From contig JAPDFW010000147.1 of assembly GCA_028826165.1 (NCBI GenBank), positions 744,001-808,000 of the forward strand: 64,000 bases of DNA. Reading direction: 5' to 3'. Shown here piece by piece: positions 25,257-38,600 of this stretch. This DNA is from Anaeramoeba ignava BMAN. Lineage: Eukaryota > Protista > Anaeramoebae. The position numbers were made by a program, and so were the translations under genes. Every line of letters begins with the position of its first letter. The first letter of the stretch is position 1. Below the pieces are notes generated by a model. That model saw only the letters and a list, made by a program, of their open reading frames with translations. It searched no databases and was not told the origin of the DNA.

Positions 25257-26225
25257 TCATTTTTTATTCATATTTAATGAAACTATTGATTTCCCATTAA
25301 TTTTAAACTTCTTCAAATCAATTTGTTTCCTTATTTTTTGCAATAATTGATTTTTTGATTGATTTGTTGAATTTCTATAAGAATTTGATCCAGCAAAAAT
25401 TGATTCAGATTTGATTCTTGCTTTTTTTGAAGCTAATTGTTTCAATTTTTGATTATGAAAATTAGCAAGTGATTTTTTCTGATTCAAAATATTTCTTGCA
25501 TTGATAGTATCTTCTTGAGAAGGAGACAATAAATCATATTGAGGGATTTCACCTCGATTTTTTTTCTCTTCTATAATTTTCTTTTCTTCTTCAATTCTTT
25601 GTTTTTCATTGCGGAATTTCTTTCTCAAAAGAAAAGAATTAACAAAAGGATCTTTATATTTGATTTGAGAATCTTGAATCAATGAAAAAATTTCAGGTAA
25701 TTTTTCTTGAGAAACAACTTTATCCTGATTGCTTTGCTCAAGCATTGCAAAGGGATCAGCTCTTCTTTGTTCGATTTCTTCTTCATTTTTGATATTTTCT
25801 TTACTAAAACCCAAACGTGAGTGAGAAAGTGAATTTTCATAATTTTCTTCTTGATTTTCAATTGATTCATCAAGTTGTCTTTTTGCTCCACTTATGATTT
25901 CATATTCTGCATTTTTTGGATCGGTTTTGATAAGAATAACTGAGCTACATGAGGGGCATTTCATCCGGAATTCAAGAATTGGAGTTCGAAAATAATTCCC
26001 GATTTTCCGTTTTTCTGCGTTGAATCGAACTCCTCTTGATATGTGTCTTTTGCAAGATAAACAAAATACATTGAATGGCATTTCAAATCTTATTATTAAT
26101 ATTCCTTGATCTAGTTTTCTTGCTCGTTCTCGAAGTGGATGTTGTCCAATATATTGATTTATTGTTCCTTTGGATGGATCCCAATCTGGTGGATAATATT
26201 TATTAACTGCTTTTCTATCTGACAT
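25257..26225 (-). CDS. CCDC130: Splicing factor CCDC130/YJU2B (Saf4/Cwf16 family)
   Basis: MSDRKAVNKYYPPDWDPSK, HPLRERARKLDQGILIIRFEMPFNVFC..C..HI..GVRFNAEK, F.MKC..C and IKTDPKN.EY. Confidence 0.92.
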   Translation of the reverse strand: MSDRKAVNKYYPPDWDPSKGTINQYIGQHPLRERARKLDQGILIIRFEMPFNVFCLSCKRHISRGVRFNAEKRKIGNYFRTPILEFRMKCPSCSSVILIKTDPKNAEYEIISGAKRQLDESIENQEENYENSLSHSRLGFSKENIKNEEEIEQRRADPFAMLEQSNQDKVVSQEKLPEIFSLIQDSQIKYKDPFVNSFLLRKKFRNEKQRIEEEKKIIEEKKNRGEIPQYDLLSPSQEDTINARNILNQKKSLANFHNQKLKQLASKKARIKSESIFAGSNSYRNSTNQSKNQLLQKIRKQIDLKKFKINGKSIVSLNMNKK

Positions 26226-26279
26226 TATACAACAATAAAATTTAAAAAAAAAATGAAAAAAATGAAAAAAATGAAAAAT

Positions 26280-27370
26280 GAAAAATAAAATTTAAAAATA
26301 AAATTTGAAATAAAATTTAAAATAAAATTTAAAATAAAATTTAAAAATAAATTTCAAAATAAAATTTAAAATAAAATTTAAAATAAAATTTAAAATAAAA
26401 TTCAAAATAAAATTTAAAATAAAATTAAAATAAATTTAAATAAATTTCAAAATAAATTTAAAATAAAAAGTGGAATAAATTTAAAAATAAAATTTAAAAT
26501 AAAATTCAAATAAAAAGTGGAATAAATTTAAAAATAAATTTAAAATAAAATTTAAAATGAAAAAAATAAATTTAAAATAAAATTTAGAATAAAAATTTAG
26601 AATAAAATTTAAAATAAAATTTAAAATAAATTTAAAATAAAATTTAGAATAAAATTTAGAATAAATTTAAAATAAAATTTAAAATAAAATTCAAAATAAA
26701 AAGTGGAATAAATTTAAAATAAAAAGTGGAATAAATTTAAAAATAAAATTTAGAATAAAATTTAGAATAAAATTTAAAATAAAATTTAAAATAAAAATTT
26801 AGAATAAAATTTAAAATAAAATTTAAAATAAAATTTAAAAATAAAATTTAAAATAAAATTTAAAATAAATTTCAAATAAAAAGTGGAATAAATTTAAAAT
26901 AAAAAGTGGAATAAATTTAAAATAAAATTTAAAATAAATTTAAAATAAATTTAAAAATAAAATTTAAAATAAAATTTAAAATAAAATTTAAAATAAATTT
27001 AAAATAAATTTTAAAATAAAATTTAAAATAAATTTAAAATAAATTTAAAATAAAATTTAAAATAAAATTTAAAATAAAAAAGTGGAATAAATTTGAAATA
27101 AAATTTAAAATAAATTTAAAATAAATTTAAAATAAAATTTAAAATAAAATTTAAAATAAAAAAGTGGAATAAATTTGAAATAAAATTTAAAATAAATTCA
27201 AAATAAAATTTAAAATAAATTTAAAATAAATTTAAAATAAATTTCAAAATAAAATTTAAAATAAAATTTAAAATAAATTTCAAAATAAAATTTAAAATAA
27301 ATTTAAAATAAATTTCAAAATAAAATTTAAAATAAAATTTAAAATAAAAAAGTGGAATAAATTTTAAAAT
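26280..27370. repeat. Intergenic A-rich tandem repeat (aaaataaaattt)n with interspersed aaaagtggaataaat motifs
   Basis: Lies between the divergent CCDC130 and HOP1 starts; about 9 copies of aagtggaata. Confidence 0.8.
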
Positions 27371-27515
27371 AAAAGGAGAAATTTTTTGGATAATCAAAGT
27401 CAATTAATCCCCTAAAAAAAAAGAAAAAAAAAAAAAGGAATTTAAGAAAAAAATTGGATTTTCATTTTTTTTCTTCATTTCTTTTTATTTTTTTTAGATT
27501 ATTCATTTTTAAAAA

Positions 27516-29198
27516 ATGAGTCGTTTAGCACAAAAAACAAGAACAGAAACTACAACAGAAAATCAAAGTATGACTTTAGTTAGAAATATTTTAAGAACAA
27601 CAATATCGTAAGAATTAATTAAATAAGAAATAAAAATAAGAAAATAAATAAAAATCATTTCATAAAAAATAAAAAAGATCAATTGCTTATTTAAGATATC
27701 TTTTTCCAGAAGAAAATTTTTATGATAGATCAATTGCCGGTAAAAAAAAATAAAAAATGCGAAAAAAAAAAGTGGAATAATTTTAATTTTTTTTCTTTCT
27801 TTTTTTTTTCAAAAGGAATAAATATTAAATCTTTACAACCTTTAGGAAATTCAGAAGCAAAACAATTATGTGATTGGTTAGAATATGGAGTTTTTGATGC
27901 ACTTTCTAAAAAATTTGTAAATAATAAATTAATTAAAATTAAAATTAAAATTAAAATTAAAAATCAAAAAAAAAAAGTTAAGAACTATTATTTTTGGAAT
28001 TTATTTAGATCCAAATCGAGAAAATGAAATGATTGAATGTTATACTTGTAATATTTATTAAAAAAAAATAATCTTTTTATTTTAAATTTAATTTTTGATG
28101 AATTTTGATTATTTTTTTTTTTTGATAGTTTCAATTTCTTATCCAAATGAAAAATCAATTGAACTTAATTTAGAAAATCAATCAAAAAATGGAATAATTG
28201 AAAAAAAATTAAAATTTCAAACAAAAGAAGAAATAAAACAAGGTAAAAAAAAAAGAAAAAGAAAAAAAAGAATTTTGATTGAAAAAAAAATTGTTTTTAA
28301 TTTTTTAGCTTGGGTTTCTGTTATTAGAACAATTGTTCAATTAAGCCAAACTTTATCACCAATTCCAGAAAATAGATTTATTACAATGAAATTATTGTAT
28401 TATGATGAAATAACTCCTCCAGATTATGAACCAAAATTTTTTCAAAATTCTCAAAAAGGTGAATTTTTTTCTTTCAAAAAAAAAAAATTCCCAAATTTTA
28501 ATCAATTATTTTTATTATTTGATTTTTTTTTTTAAATTAGATTTCTTTTTTCTTTCAAAACCTCTTGATTTAAAATTAGGATCTAAAATTTTAACTCCTT
28601 TTCATAGTTTAGATTTAAGAATAAAAACATCTATTGATTCAGAAGATAAAAGATTTTTAATTAAAGAAAAAGAAGAATTAAATGAAGAATTAAATGAAGA
28701 AAAAGGAAATAATCAATTTTTTAGTGTAATTGATGAAGATAATGATTTAATTTCAAAAGAAGAATCTTTAATTGATCAAAAAGGAGAATCTTTAATTAAT
28801 TTTTTTCCTAAATTAAAAAAAAAAATTAAAGATTGGGATTTTGTTTCAACTTCAAAAATTTGTGAAGAATTTAAATTAGAAAAAAAGTAAGTTTTATTTA
28901 TTTTTTTTAAAAAAATCAAATCAAAAAACAAAAAAATAAATTTTTCTCCTTTTCTTCTTTCTTTTTTAAAATAAGATTTGTTAAGAAATTAATTCAAAAA
29001 TTAAAAGAAGAAAAGTTGATCTCTTCAAAATATAATAGAAGTAAAAAAGGATGGGAAATTAAAAAAAGAAAAAAAAAAAGAAAAAAAAATCTAAATGAAA
29101 ATTTAAATGAAAATGAATTAAATTTAACAAGAAAAAGAAATAGAATTAGAACTAAATCTTCTATAGTTGATAAACCACTTGTTTTAAAAAGAAAATGA
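27516..29198 (+). CDS. HOP1: Meiotic HORMA-domain protein Hop1/ASY1/HORMAD
   Basis: Short introns join [96 protein letters not shown] and [10 protein letters not shown]. The C-terminus has a basic closure-like motif, [11 protein letters not shown]. Confidence 0.9.
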
Positions 29199-29322
29199 AG
29201 TAAAAAAAAATTGGAAAAAAAAGAGAAAAAAAAAATTTAAATTGAAAAATTTTTCTTTTCATTTTTTTCCTTTTCAATTTTTTTTTTTTTCAATTTTTTT
29301 CTTTATTATTTTTTTCCAAATT

Positions 29323-32282
29323 ATGCAATCTTTTCAAACAAATTCAGAGATTGATCCTTCTTTTCCACTTCAAATGAAAAACGAAAATGAAGGTTTTTTT
29401 TTCAAATAACAAAAAAAAAAAATTTTTAAAAAACAACGAATTTTAATTTAAAAAAAACAAACAAAAAAATTATTTAAACAAAAAAAAGAACAAAAAGAAA
29501 CAAATATTAAAACTAAAAAAGCTAATACAAACAAAACCAAAACAAAATCACAATCAAAATCTGCAACAAATCTTTTTATATGTTGTGTTGAAAAAAAACG
29601 AACTGTAAGAAAAATTTTTCTTTCAAAAAAAATTAATTAAAAAAAATTTAATTAAAAAAAAAATAAATTAAAAAAAAATTTAAAATAGAATGAAATAAAA
29701 TTAAATTTTTCAAATAAACACCAAAAAAAGAAGAAACAAAATAAGAACCAAAATAAGAATAAGAAAAAAAAAAATAAATCAATTGATCTTCAAAATGTTT
29801 CTTTAAATCAAGAATTCTCAAAAAATTCTCAATCAATTTTTACTTCTTATTTTCATGAACGACTTTTTCCAAATTCTTCTAATCAATTAATAACAGAAAT
29901 GCCAAGAAAAAAAATTTTAGTACTTGATCTCGATGAAACTCTTGTTCATAGCTCTTTTACTGTGTGTTTAAAAAAAAAAATTTAATTTATTATAAATTGA
30001 AACAATCAAAATTCAATTAAAATTAAATTAAATTCAAATTAAATTGAATAAATTAAATTCAAAATAAATTCAAATTAAATCCAAATTAAATTCAAATTAA
30101 ATCAAAATAAATTAAATCAAAATAAATTAAATCCAAATTAAATCTAAATTAAAATCAAATTAAATTCAAATTAAATTCAAATTAAATTCAAATTAAATTC
30201 AAATTAAATCCAAATTAAATTCAAATTAAATCCAAATTAAATCCAAATTAAATTCAAATTAAATCAAAATTTAAATTCAAATTAAATTCAAATTAAATTA
30301 AAATTAAATTAAAATTAAATTAAATAAATTAAATTCAAATTAAATTCAAATTAAATCCAAATTAAATCCAAAATTAAATTCAAATTAAATCCAAATTAAA
30401 TTCAAATTAAATTCAAATTAAATTCAAATTAAATTCAAATTAAATTTAAATTAAATTCAAAATAAATTAAATCCAAATTAAATCTAAATTAAAATTCAAT
30501 TAAATTCAAATTAAATTCAATTAAATTAAATTAAATTCAAATTAAATTAAATTCAAATTAAATCCAAATTAAATTCAAATTAAATTAAATTCAAATTAAA
30601 TCCAAATTCAAATTAAATTCAAATTAAATTCAAATTAAATTAAATTAAATCCAAATTAAATCCAAATTAAATTCAAATTCAAATTAAATCCAAATTAAAT
30701 CCAAATTAAATCCAAATTAAATTCAAATTAAATTCAAATTAAATTAAATTAAATTCAAATTAAATTCAAATTAAATTCAAATTAAATTCAAATTAAATTC
30801 AAATTAAAATTAAAATTCAAATTAAATTAAATTCAAATTAAATTCAAATTAAATTCAAATTAAATTTAAATTAAATTCAAATTAAATTCAAAATAAATTC
30901 AAATTAAATTCAAATTAAATTAAATTCAATCCAAATTAAATCCAAATTCAAATCCAAATTAAATCCAAATTAAATCAAATTAAATTCAAATTAAATCCAA
31001 ATTAAATCCAAATTAAATCCAAATTAAATCAAATTAAATTCAAATTAAATTCAAAATAAATTCAAATTAAATTCAAATTAAATTCAAATTAAATTCAAAT
31101 TAAATTCAAATTAAATTCAAATTAAATTCAAATTAAAATTCAAATTAAAATTCAAATTAAATCCAAATTAAATTCAAATTAAATTCAAATTAAATTCAAA
31201 TCAAATTCAAATTAAATTCAAATTAAATTCAAATTAAATTCAAATTAAATCAAATTAAATTCAAATTAAATTCAAATTAAATTCAAATTAAATTCAAATT
31301 AAAATTCAAATTAAAATTCAAATTAAATCCAAATTAAATTCAAATTAAATTCAAATTAAATTTAAATTAAATTTAAATTAAATTTAAATTAAATTCAAAT
31401 TAAATTCAAATTAAATTCAAATTAAATTCAAATTAAATTCAAATTAAAATTCAAATTAAATCCAAATTAAATTCAAATTAAATTCAAATTAAATTCAAAT
31501 TAAATTCAAATCAAATTCAAATTAAATTCAAATTAAATTCAAATTAAATTCAAATTAAATTCAAATTAAATTCAAATTAAATTCAAATTAAATTTAAATT
31601 AAATTCAAATTAAATTCAAATTAAATTTAAATTAAATTTAAATTAAATCCAAATTAAATTCAAAATAAATTAAATTAAATTCAAATTAAATTTAAATTAA
31701 ATTAAATTAAATTAAATTCAATTTAAAATTAAATTTATCTTTTAGAAACCTACAAAATATGATTTTCAATTTGAAGCAGAAATTGAAAATTATCGCCATC
31801 AAGTTTATGTTAATATACGTCCAGGATTAAATGAATTTTTTCAAAAAATTAAAAATAATTTTGAAATAATGATATTTACTGCAGCTCAAAAAAATGTATA
31901 AATTAAAATTAATTTATAAAATTAAAATTCATTTATGAAATTCATTTATAAAATTAAATAGTATGCAAATCCTGTTATAAATTTTATTGATCAAGAAGGA
32001 ATAATTTCAAAAATATTTTATCGAGATTCATGCGTTTCTTTTTTTGGAAATCCTGTAAAAGATCTTCGAGTTATAGGAATTGATTTAGATAAAATTATTT
32101 TAGTAGATAATTCATTAACTTCATCATTATTTCAAAAAGAAAATTATTTACCAATAATTAGTTGGTATGGTGACCAAAATGATAATGAATTATCTAAAAT
32201 TGCTTTAATTCTTGAAAGAATTGTTCCTCTTGATAATTTTTTCCCAATTCTTCAAAATATTCAAAATGAATATCAGAAATGA
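29323..32282 (+). CDS. FCP/SCP (NIF-domain, DxDxT) CTD small phosphatase-like protein
   Basis: KKILVLDLDETLVHSS, VYV..RPGLNEFF, IFTAAQK.YA..VI..ID, YRDSC, KDL..I, ILVDNS and W.GDQNDNEL. A 1.8-kb repeat intron spans ~29963-31745. Confidence 0.9.
29963..31745 (+). repeat. Intron filled with an 11-bp minisatellite (aaattcaaatt)n
   Basis: GT...tttag boundaries within the phosphatase gene; the tandem repeat is visible directly. Confidence 0.8.
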
Positions 32283-32659
32283 TATTTATATTTTTTGAAT
32301 AATTAACTTTTTTAAAAAAAAAATATTTACAAAAAGAAAAAACACTTTCAAAGAAAAAGAAGAAGAATTTTCTTCATTTTATTTTGTTTGTGTGTTCTTT
32401 TTTATTCTTTTTTCTTTTTTTTTAAAAAATAATAAATGAATGATGTTTATGATTTGATTTAAAAACAAAATTGAAAAATTTTTTTTATTTTTATTCATTT
32501 TTATTTCTGTTTTTTTTTTGCAACTAAATTTAATTTCTATTCTTTTTTTTGTTTTGTTTTTAATTTGTAAGAAACAAATTTAGAAAAGAAAAGAAAAATT
32601 GTCAAAAAAAAAAAATTCCCAAAAAGAAAAAAAAAAATTTTTTGTATTTTCTTTTTCAC

Positions 32660-35600
32660 TTATTTTTTTTGTAAATATTTTTCTAGTTCAGGAACATCTA
32701 ATAACTGAATTGATTGATCAGGAAAATGAGATAAGAAATAAGAAAGTTGAATAACAAAATTTTCAAAAAGTTCTGTATAATTTTGATAGAATTGAGTTTT
32801 CTCAAGAAAGAATTGATCAAAAACAGAAGAGAAAAACAATCTAGCAAGATTTTGAATAGAATCACCATTCCATTCTCTTAAACCGAAGAAAACCAATTCA
32901 TCAACAATATGAAAGTAATTTAAGAATAAAGCATTTTGTACCGAATTGCCGTTATTTTTTTGAATGAAGTTTCTGAAGTCTTTGACAAATCGGATAATTT
33001 TGTCTTCAATCATATTCAAAAGAAATCTGCGATGAGATTCCAAACTAGTAAGAAATAATTGGAGACTATTATTGCCAGTGAGACGAATATGTATTCGATA
33101 TCGTTCACTTGGGTTTTCTTTTGTGTATATTGCAATGTGCTCTTCAATAACCCATGAGTGATTTTCCCTAAAGTTAGCGATGCTTTGCTTTATCAAATCC
33201 TCACGGGGTTTAATAACAATATCTGAATGGCGTATTTTTGGTGTGAATAAAATCTCCTCTTGATTTGTGTCGCAAATGAAATGCATACTTTCATTACGAA
33301 TCCAAATGTGCGATTGATTTTCAGAAAAATCATTTGGATGCTTCATTTTGGGTGCATCTTTTGTAATTGTTACAAGTGCCTTCTCAGGTACTATCCAAAT
33401 ATGTCCCGCGCGCTTTTCCAGATTGAAGAGAACATTATTGCGCGATATTGTGATGGTGGGTTCGAAAACAAACATTGTAAGTTTCAAAATTTTGTGAGGT
33501 TTCCAATTTCCTCCAAATTTTGCGGAAACCCAAATTTCTTTTTTGTTTGAATCTTCGAAATATGGGATAAAATGTAGATATATTTGTTGTTGAGAACGTG
33601 GTGCTATTGAGAATATCTCTGTGAATTTGGGAACTTCGGGTGATAATGAGAATCTTAATTCTGTTTTTTTCTTTGTGTTAAGATCACAAATGAGTTCGAT
33701 TTCAAGTGGAAAATTTTGTGGATTTTTCAAAATGAATGAATATTTATTATAAAGTGTTCCTGAATATAAATTTCCAAGATGAAGAACTGCCATTTCTATT
33801 CCTGCTTGATGGTATTTTCCATTTGAAATTATTCCAAAAAGTAGATCAACTTCTTCAACTTTGGATTTTTGTTGATTTTCTATGTTTTCATTGTTTTTTG
33901 ATTCTTGATGAACAGATTCATTTGGAGACACTTTGATTTGAAATCGGATAATTTTGATATCTTCGATATTGGTTTTGTTTTCAATTACAACATGTATACA
34001 ATTTGTTTTGACTTTATCCATTAAAATATCAAAATCGATTTGAGTTGATGAAAATTTTGGAATTGATTTTGTATTTGGTTTTATGATTAAACATTCTTCA
34101 TCTTTTGGATTAAAATTGCGTATTTGAAATTCTATTGTTTGATGTGTTGGGTTTGTAATTTCTATTTGGCGTTTTATAATACTTGGAGTTGGTAGTCCTT
34201 TTATTGGATGATGGTGTATGTTTATTAAGTATCTTTCTTCATTTTGATTTAATGTTAAGCATCCTTTAAGTTCTAATTTTTGATTTTCGTTTTGGATATT
34301 ATTGTTTTGATTTTCATTTTGTATAATATTATTTTTGTTTTGATTTTGGATAATAATTTTTTGATTATCGTTTTGGATAATATTTTTTTGAATCTAAAAC
34401 AGAATTAAAGAAGAAAGAATTAATTTTAAATTTAATTTTAAATTTAATTTTAATTTAATTTAATTTTGAATTTAATTTTGAATTTAATTTTGAATTTAAT
34501 TTTGAATTTAATTTTGAATTTAATTTTGAATTTGAATTTTTAATATGAATTTAATTTTGAATTTGAATTTAATTTTGAATTTAATTTTGAATTTAATTTC
34601 AATTTTAGATTTAATTTTAAATTTTATTTTAGATTTAATTTTAAATTTAATTTTAAATTTAATTTTAAATTTAATTTTAAATTTAATTTTAAATTTAATT
34701 TTAAATTTAATTTTGAATTTAATTTTAAATTTAAATTTAATTTTAATTTTAATTTTAATTTTAAATTTAATTGATTTTAATTTTAAATTGAATTTTGAAT
34801 TTAATTTTAAATTTAATTTTAGATATAATTTTGAATTGAATTTACAATATTCTTCACAATAGGATGATTGTTCTCATTATCAATATTCTCGGAAACTTCA
34901 GATCGTTGTAAAACCCGAATTGGAACTTTCTTCCCTTCAGGCTCTCTACCACTAAGATCAACAACAGTAATTTCAATTTCATGAGGTTTAGGCATTTGAG
35001 TATTTGGAGACATAAAAACATGAATTGTTTGCTTTGCAATAGGCAAAATAACACCTTCATGAGGCTCAACACGCAAAGTAGTTGAATTGATATTCGGAGA
35101 TGAAATTTTGGAGAGAACTTTATATTTAAGAGGAAAATCCTTTGAAACATTAACAATCTCAAAAAAGTCGCTTTGTTCACGATCAGAATGAGCATATGAA
35201 AATTGCACAGGAGAATTGCGCAGTTTAAACATGGCTTTGCGGTCGATATCGCCTTTAATAACAACGCGCTCGGGTTTTGAATGTTGACCGTAACTGATGT
35301 GGATTTCTCCATAAATAAAACCTTTTGCAGTTTCAATCATACTTAATGTTGAGGTTGTTTGATTTTTTTGCGAAATCACAACGCGCAATTCATACTCTTT
35401 TTTTGCTTCAACAACAAGTGTTTTGACTGGAACATTTGAGCGTCTTGAAAGAATTTCGCACTGAAAATATTTCTTTGCATTTTCACTCAATTCAAAATCA
35501 ACATCCACATTGATATTTTCATCATCCAAATTATTTGCAAGTGTGAACCATTCGGAAATTTTGGATCCTTTAAGCTCGCCTGGGATTTTCAGTTTGGGAA

Positions 35601-38600
35601 CATTCAATATATTTCCAGGTTGTTCTAAACGTTGCAAAAGTAGCTTCTTTTGAGGCATGTTTGTTGCATGCACTTCAATTTCCATCTTGTTTTTTGGATT
35701 CGTGAAATTATGAATCACAATTTGTTGCCGATAATCACGCACTTCTTTGCTGATCTTTTCAGGATAAAGTAACATCACTACTCGTTGCTTGGTTTTTGAT
35801 GCGATTATCAGATCAGATATTTTTGTTATTCGGAAATCTGAGAATTGCTGCGTAATTTGTGGAGATTGTGAGACAAGCTCCATTTCTGGTGGAATATGCT
35901 CAAATTTTATGTGTAAATCTGGTTCTTGTTGATTCTGAATAAAAAATGAAAATTCAACTGGTTTTCCTTGATTTGGTGACGTTATTCCAATTTTGCCAAG
36001 CGAAATTTTTGGAGTGAGAATTTTGCCTAAAGAAAAACAATAATCACCACAAAGAGTGATCATTTTTGTCAATCTTTGCTGGGATGTTGTCACGTCTTCG
36101 AAAAGTAGAATGCCGTGAAAACGTGCAGTTTTGCCAAGCTCAAGTTTGTGGATTTTTCGCTCAGACATCTTGCTTGGAAGCGTAACAAAAACATCAACAG
36201 TTTGTTGAGGAGGAATGAGAAAAAGACTGCCTCCAAGTTTGATGTTTGAGTATGGAGAATCGCGGGAGATTTTGGAATGTAATACTTGCTCACGAAATTC
36301 TGAAAGCGCTTTTTGCCGATTTTCTTTGGAATATTTTTCCCAGATAACTAAGCTGTTTAAATTCGTTTTGGGACGCAAACAAATCGGGATTTTTTTGTTA
36401 TTGACAATTTGGAATTGATGATATTTTTTGATTTGATGCTCGCTAAGTTCGAAAACATGCGGCTTGTTTGTGCTGGTAACATAAACTTGATTGAAATTAA
36501 GTTGTTCAATATTTTGTTCATTTCGTCCTAATCCTCGAACTTCAATGCTGTTGTCGCTAACAAAGAGACGCAGATGCATGTATTTGTGTTGACTTAGCGC
36601 CATTTTGTTGATAAGTGTGATCGATTCATAATATAATCCATAATTTTTACTTTCAACACAAAATTTCACTGTTTCTTTGCCGCGCTTTCCAACTCTTCCT
36701 TCCGTTTTTTCTAGTTCAATATTCGCAGATGATTCTAATTGCCATTCTGTTGGCAATACTGATTTGTTGATGATTTGAAATTGGCCCCGAAATTTTTCAC
36801 CAATTTTCTCAGTTACTCCAAGTTCAATAAATTTGGGTTTAAAATGAAGAATAGAAACACCAGCAAAAACTGAGAATGGCAAAATATGTTTGTGAATCAA
36901 ATATGGGTATTTCTGTCTAAAATTCTCATCTTTGAATTCTTGTTCTGGAAGTATTTCCTTATCTATTACTACTTTTTGCTCATCCAAATCCTGGTTTTTC
37001 TTGGAATTTTCGTTTGCATATTCTCCTTGAATTTCCGTTTTGTCTTCAATTTCAGAATAAATCTTGATTTGAATTCCTCCAACAATTCTGCGCAATCTTC
37101 CCTTGAGAATTAGCTCAGGAGAAATATATGGTCGAAGCCCGAAATAAACGGGTTTGCGTTGATTGGGAAGAAGTTGGATAAACTTTGTTTCGTGTTTTAA
37201 TTCATAATCATCGAAAATATGAATCTGTTTTGGAAGATTACTTGATATTTTGACGCATATTGGGCTTGAGGAAATTGACTCGATAAAGAGTGGAATAGGT
37301 TTTGTAAACTCGTGTTGTTTGTCCACATAACGAACACCAAAATCGATTTCTTGGAAATCATTGATTTCAGATTTTTTCACGAGAAGTTGGAAATTTTCTT
37401 TGAAAAATGTTGATTCTGGATCTGAAATGAAGGGTATTAAATCAGGAACTTCTTTCTCTGTGTTTTTTTGGTGATATATTCGCAGAAAATTGCCTTGTTT
37501 GATTGTGTATGAGATTATTAACGGGATTGAAACGTTGGAAATGAGATCGTTGAGGAAAATTCTTCGAACTTGAGAATCTGGTGTATAATGATTGATTTTG
37601 AAGCTAAATTTAACTGTAATTTTTTGATCTTTAGAAGCCCATCCAGATTTTGGTTTTATATCAAAAATTTCCTTATTTCGTGATTGTTGATTTTTTGGTG
37701 TTTTTTTTGTATTTGAATTCTGATTTACATTTTGTTTTTGATTTAAATTTGGATTCATTAAAATATTCCCGAATTTGTTTGGATTTTGAGAAACGGATTT
37801 GTGAGATACTTTGAACCGAATTGAGCGACTAGCCAAGTTCTCAAAAGTAAAGGAACAAGTTATTGTTGTATTCAAGTCGATTTGACCGAGATCCAAAAAA
37901 GCAGGATCAATTTTGAGATCAGATGATTTCTCAGGATAAACGGTTTTGTTGGAAAATGTTTTGGTATTTTTCTGGGTTAATGAAGGCGGCGGTGGTGGTT
38001 GTGATTGGGAATGAGAATGTGGTGATATACGCTGCTTTTCTATATTGTTCTCATGATGAGCATTGCGCATCTCAACAAGATTTCGCAGTTCCGTAACAAG
38101 AACTTTGGATGTTGTTCCTAATCTTACATTCAACCAATAATTATCCGAATTGAAAAGAAATTTGTTTTGTTTTGATAGATATTTTGTTGTTGTTTTGCAA
38201 AGAACTGCAGAAACAGATATTTTCTTGAAAATATCGAGATCATTTGTCTCGTAAACACGAATAAAATCGTTGATTATAATTGAACGATCCTTGAGTGTGT
38301 TTTGGATTGATGGTGATTTTTTATGTGCTTGAGGAGAGATTTGGAATGCTAAAGAAACGGAAATTTTCTGTCGAGTCTCACCGCGAAGAGAAAATACGAG
38401 ACTTTCTTCTGATATGCTTGGTTTTTGGGGTTGTGTTTGTGATTTCAACGGGGTTTTCTCAAGTTTTAGGGATTTCTTCTTTTTTGCACCAAAACGGATT
38501 GTATCAATTTTCTTTTGGATTTCTTGCATTTTATTTGTGTATCCTTTTCTTATTGAAATTTTTAATTGTTTCTCGAGAATTTCTAGATTGTGAAGTTGTT

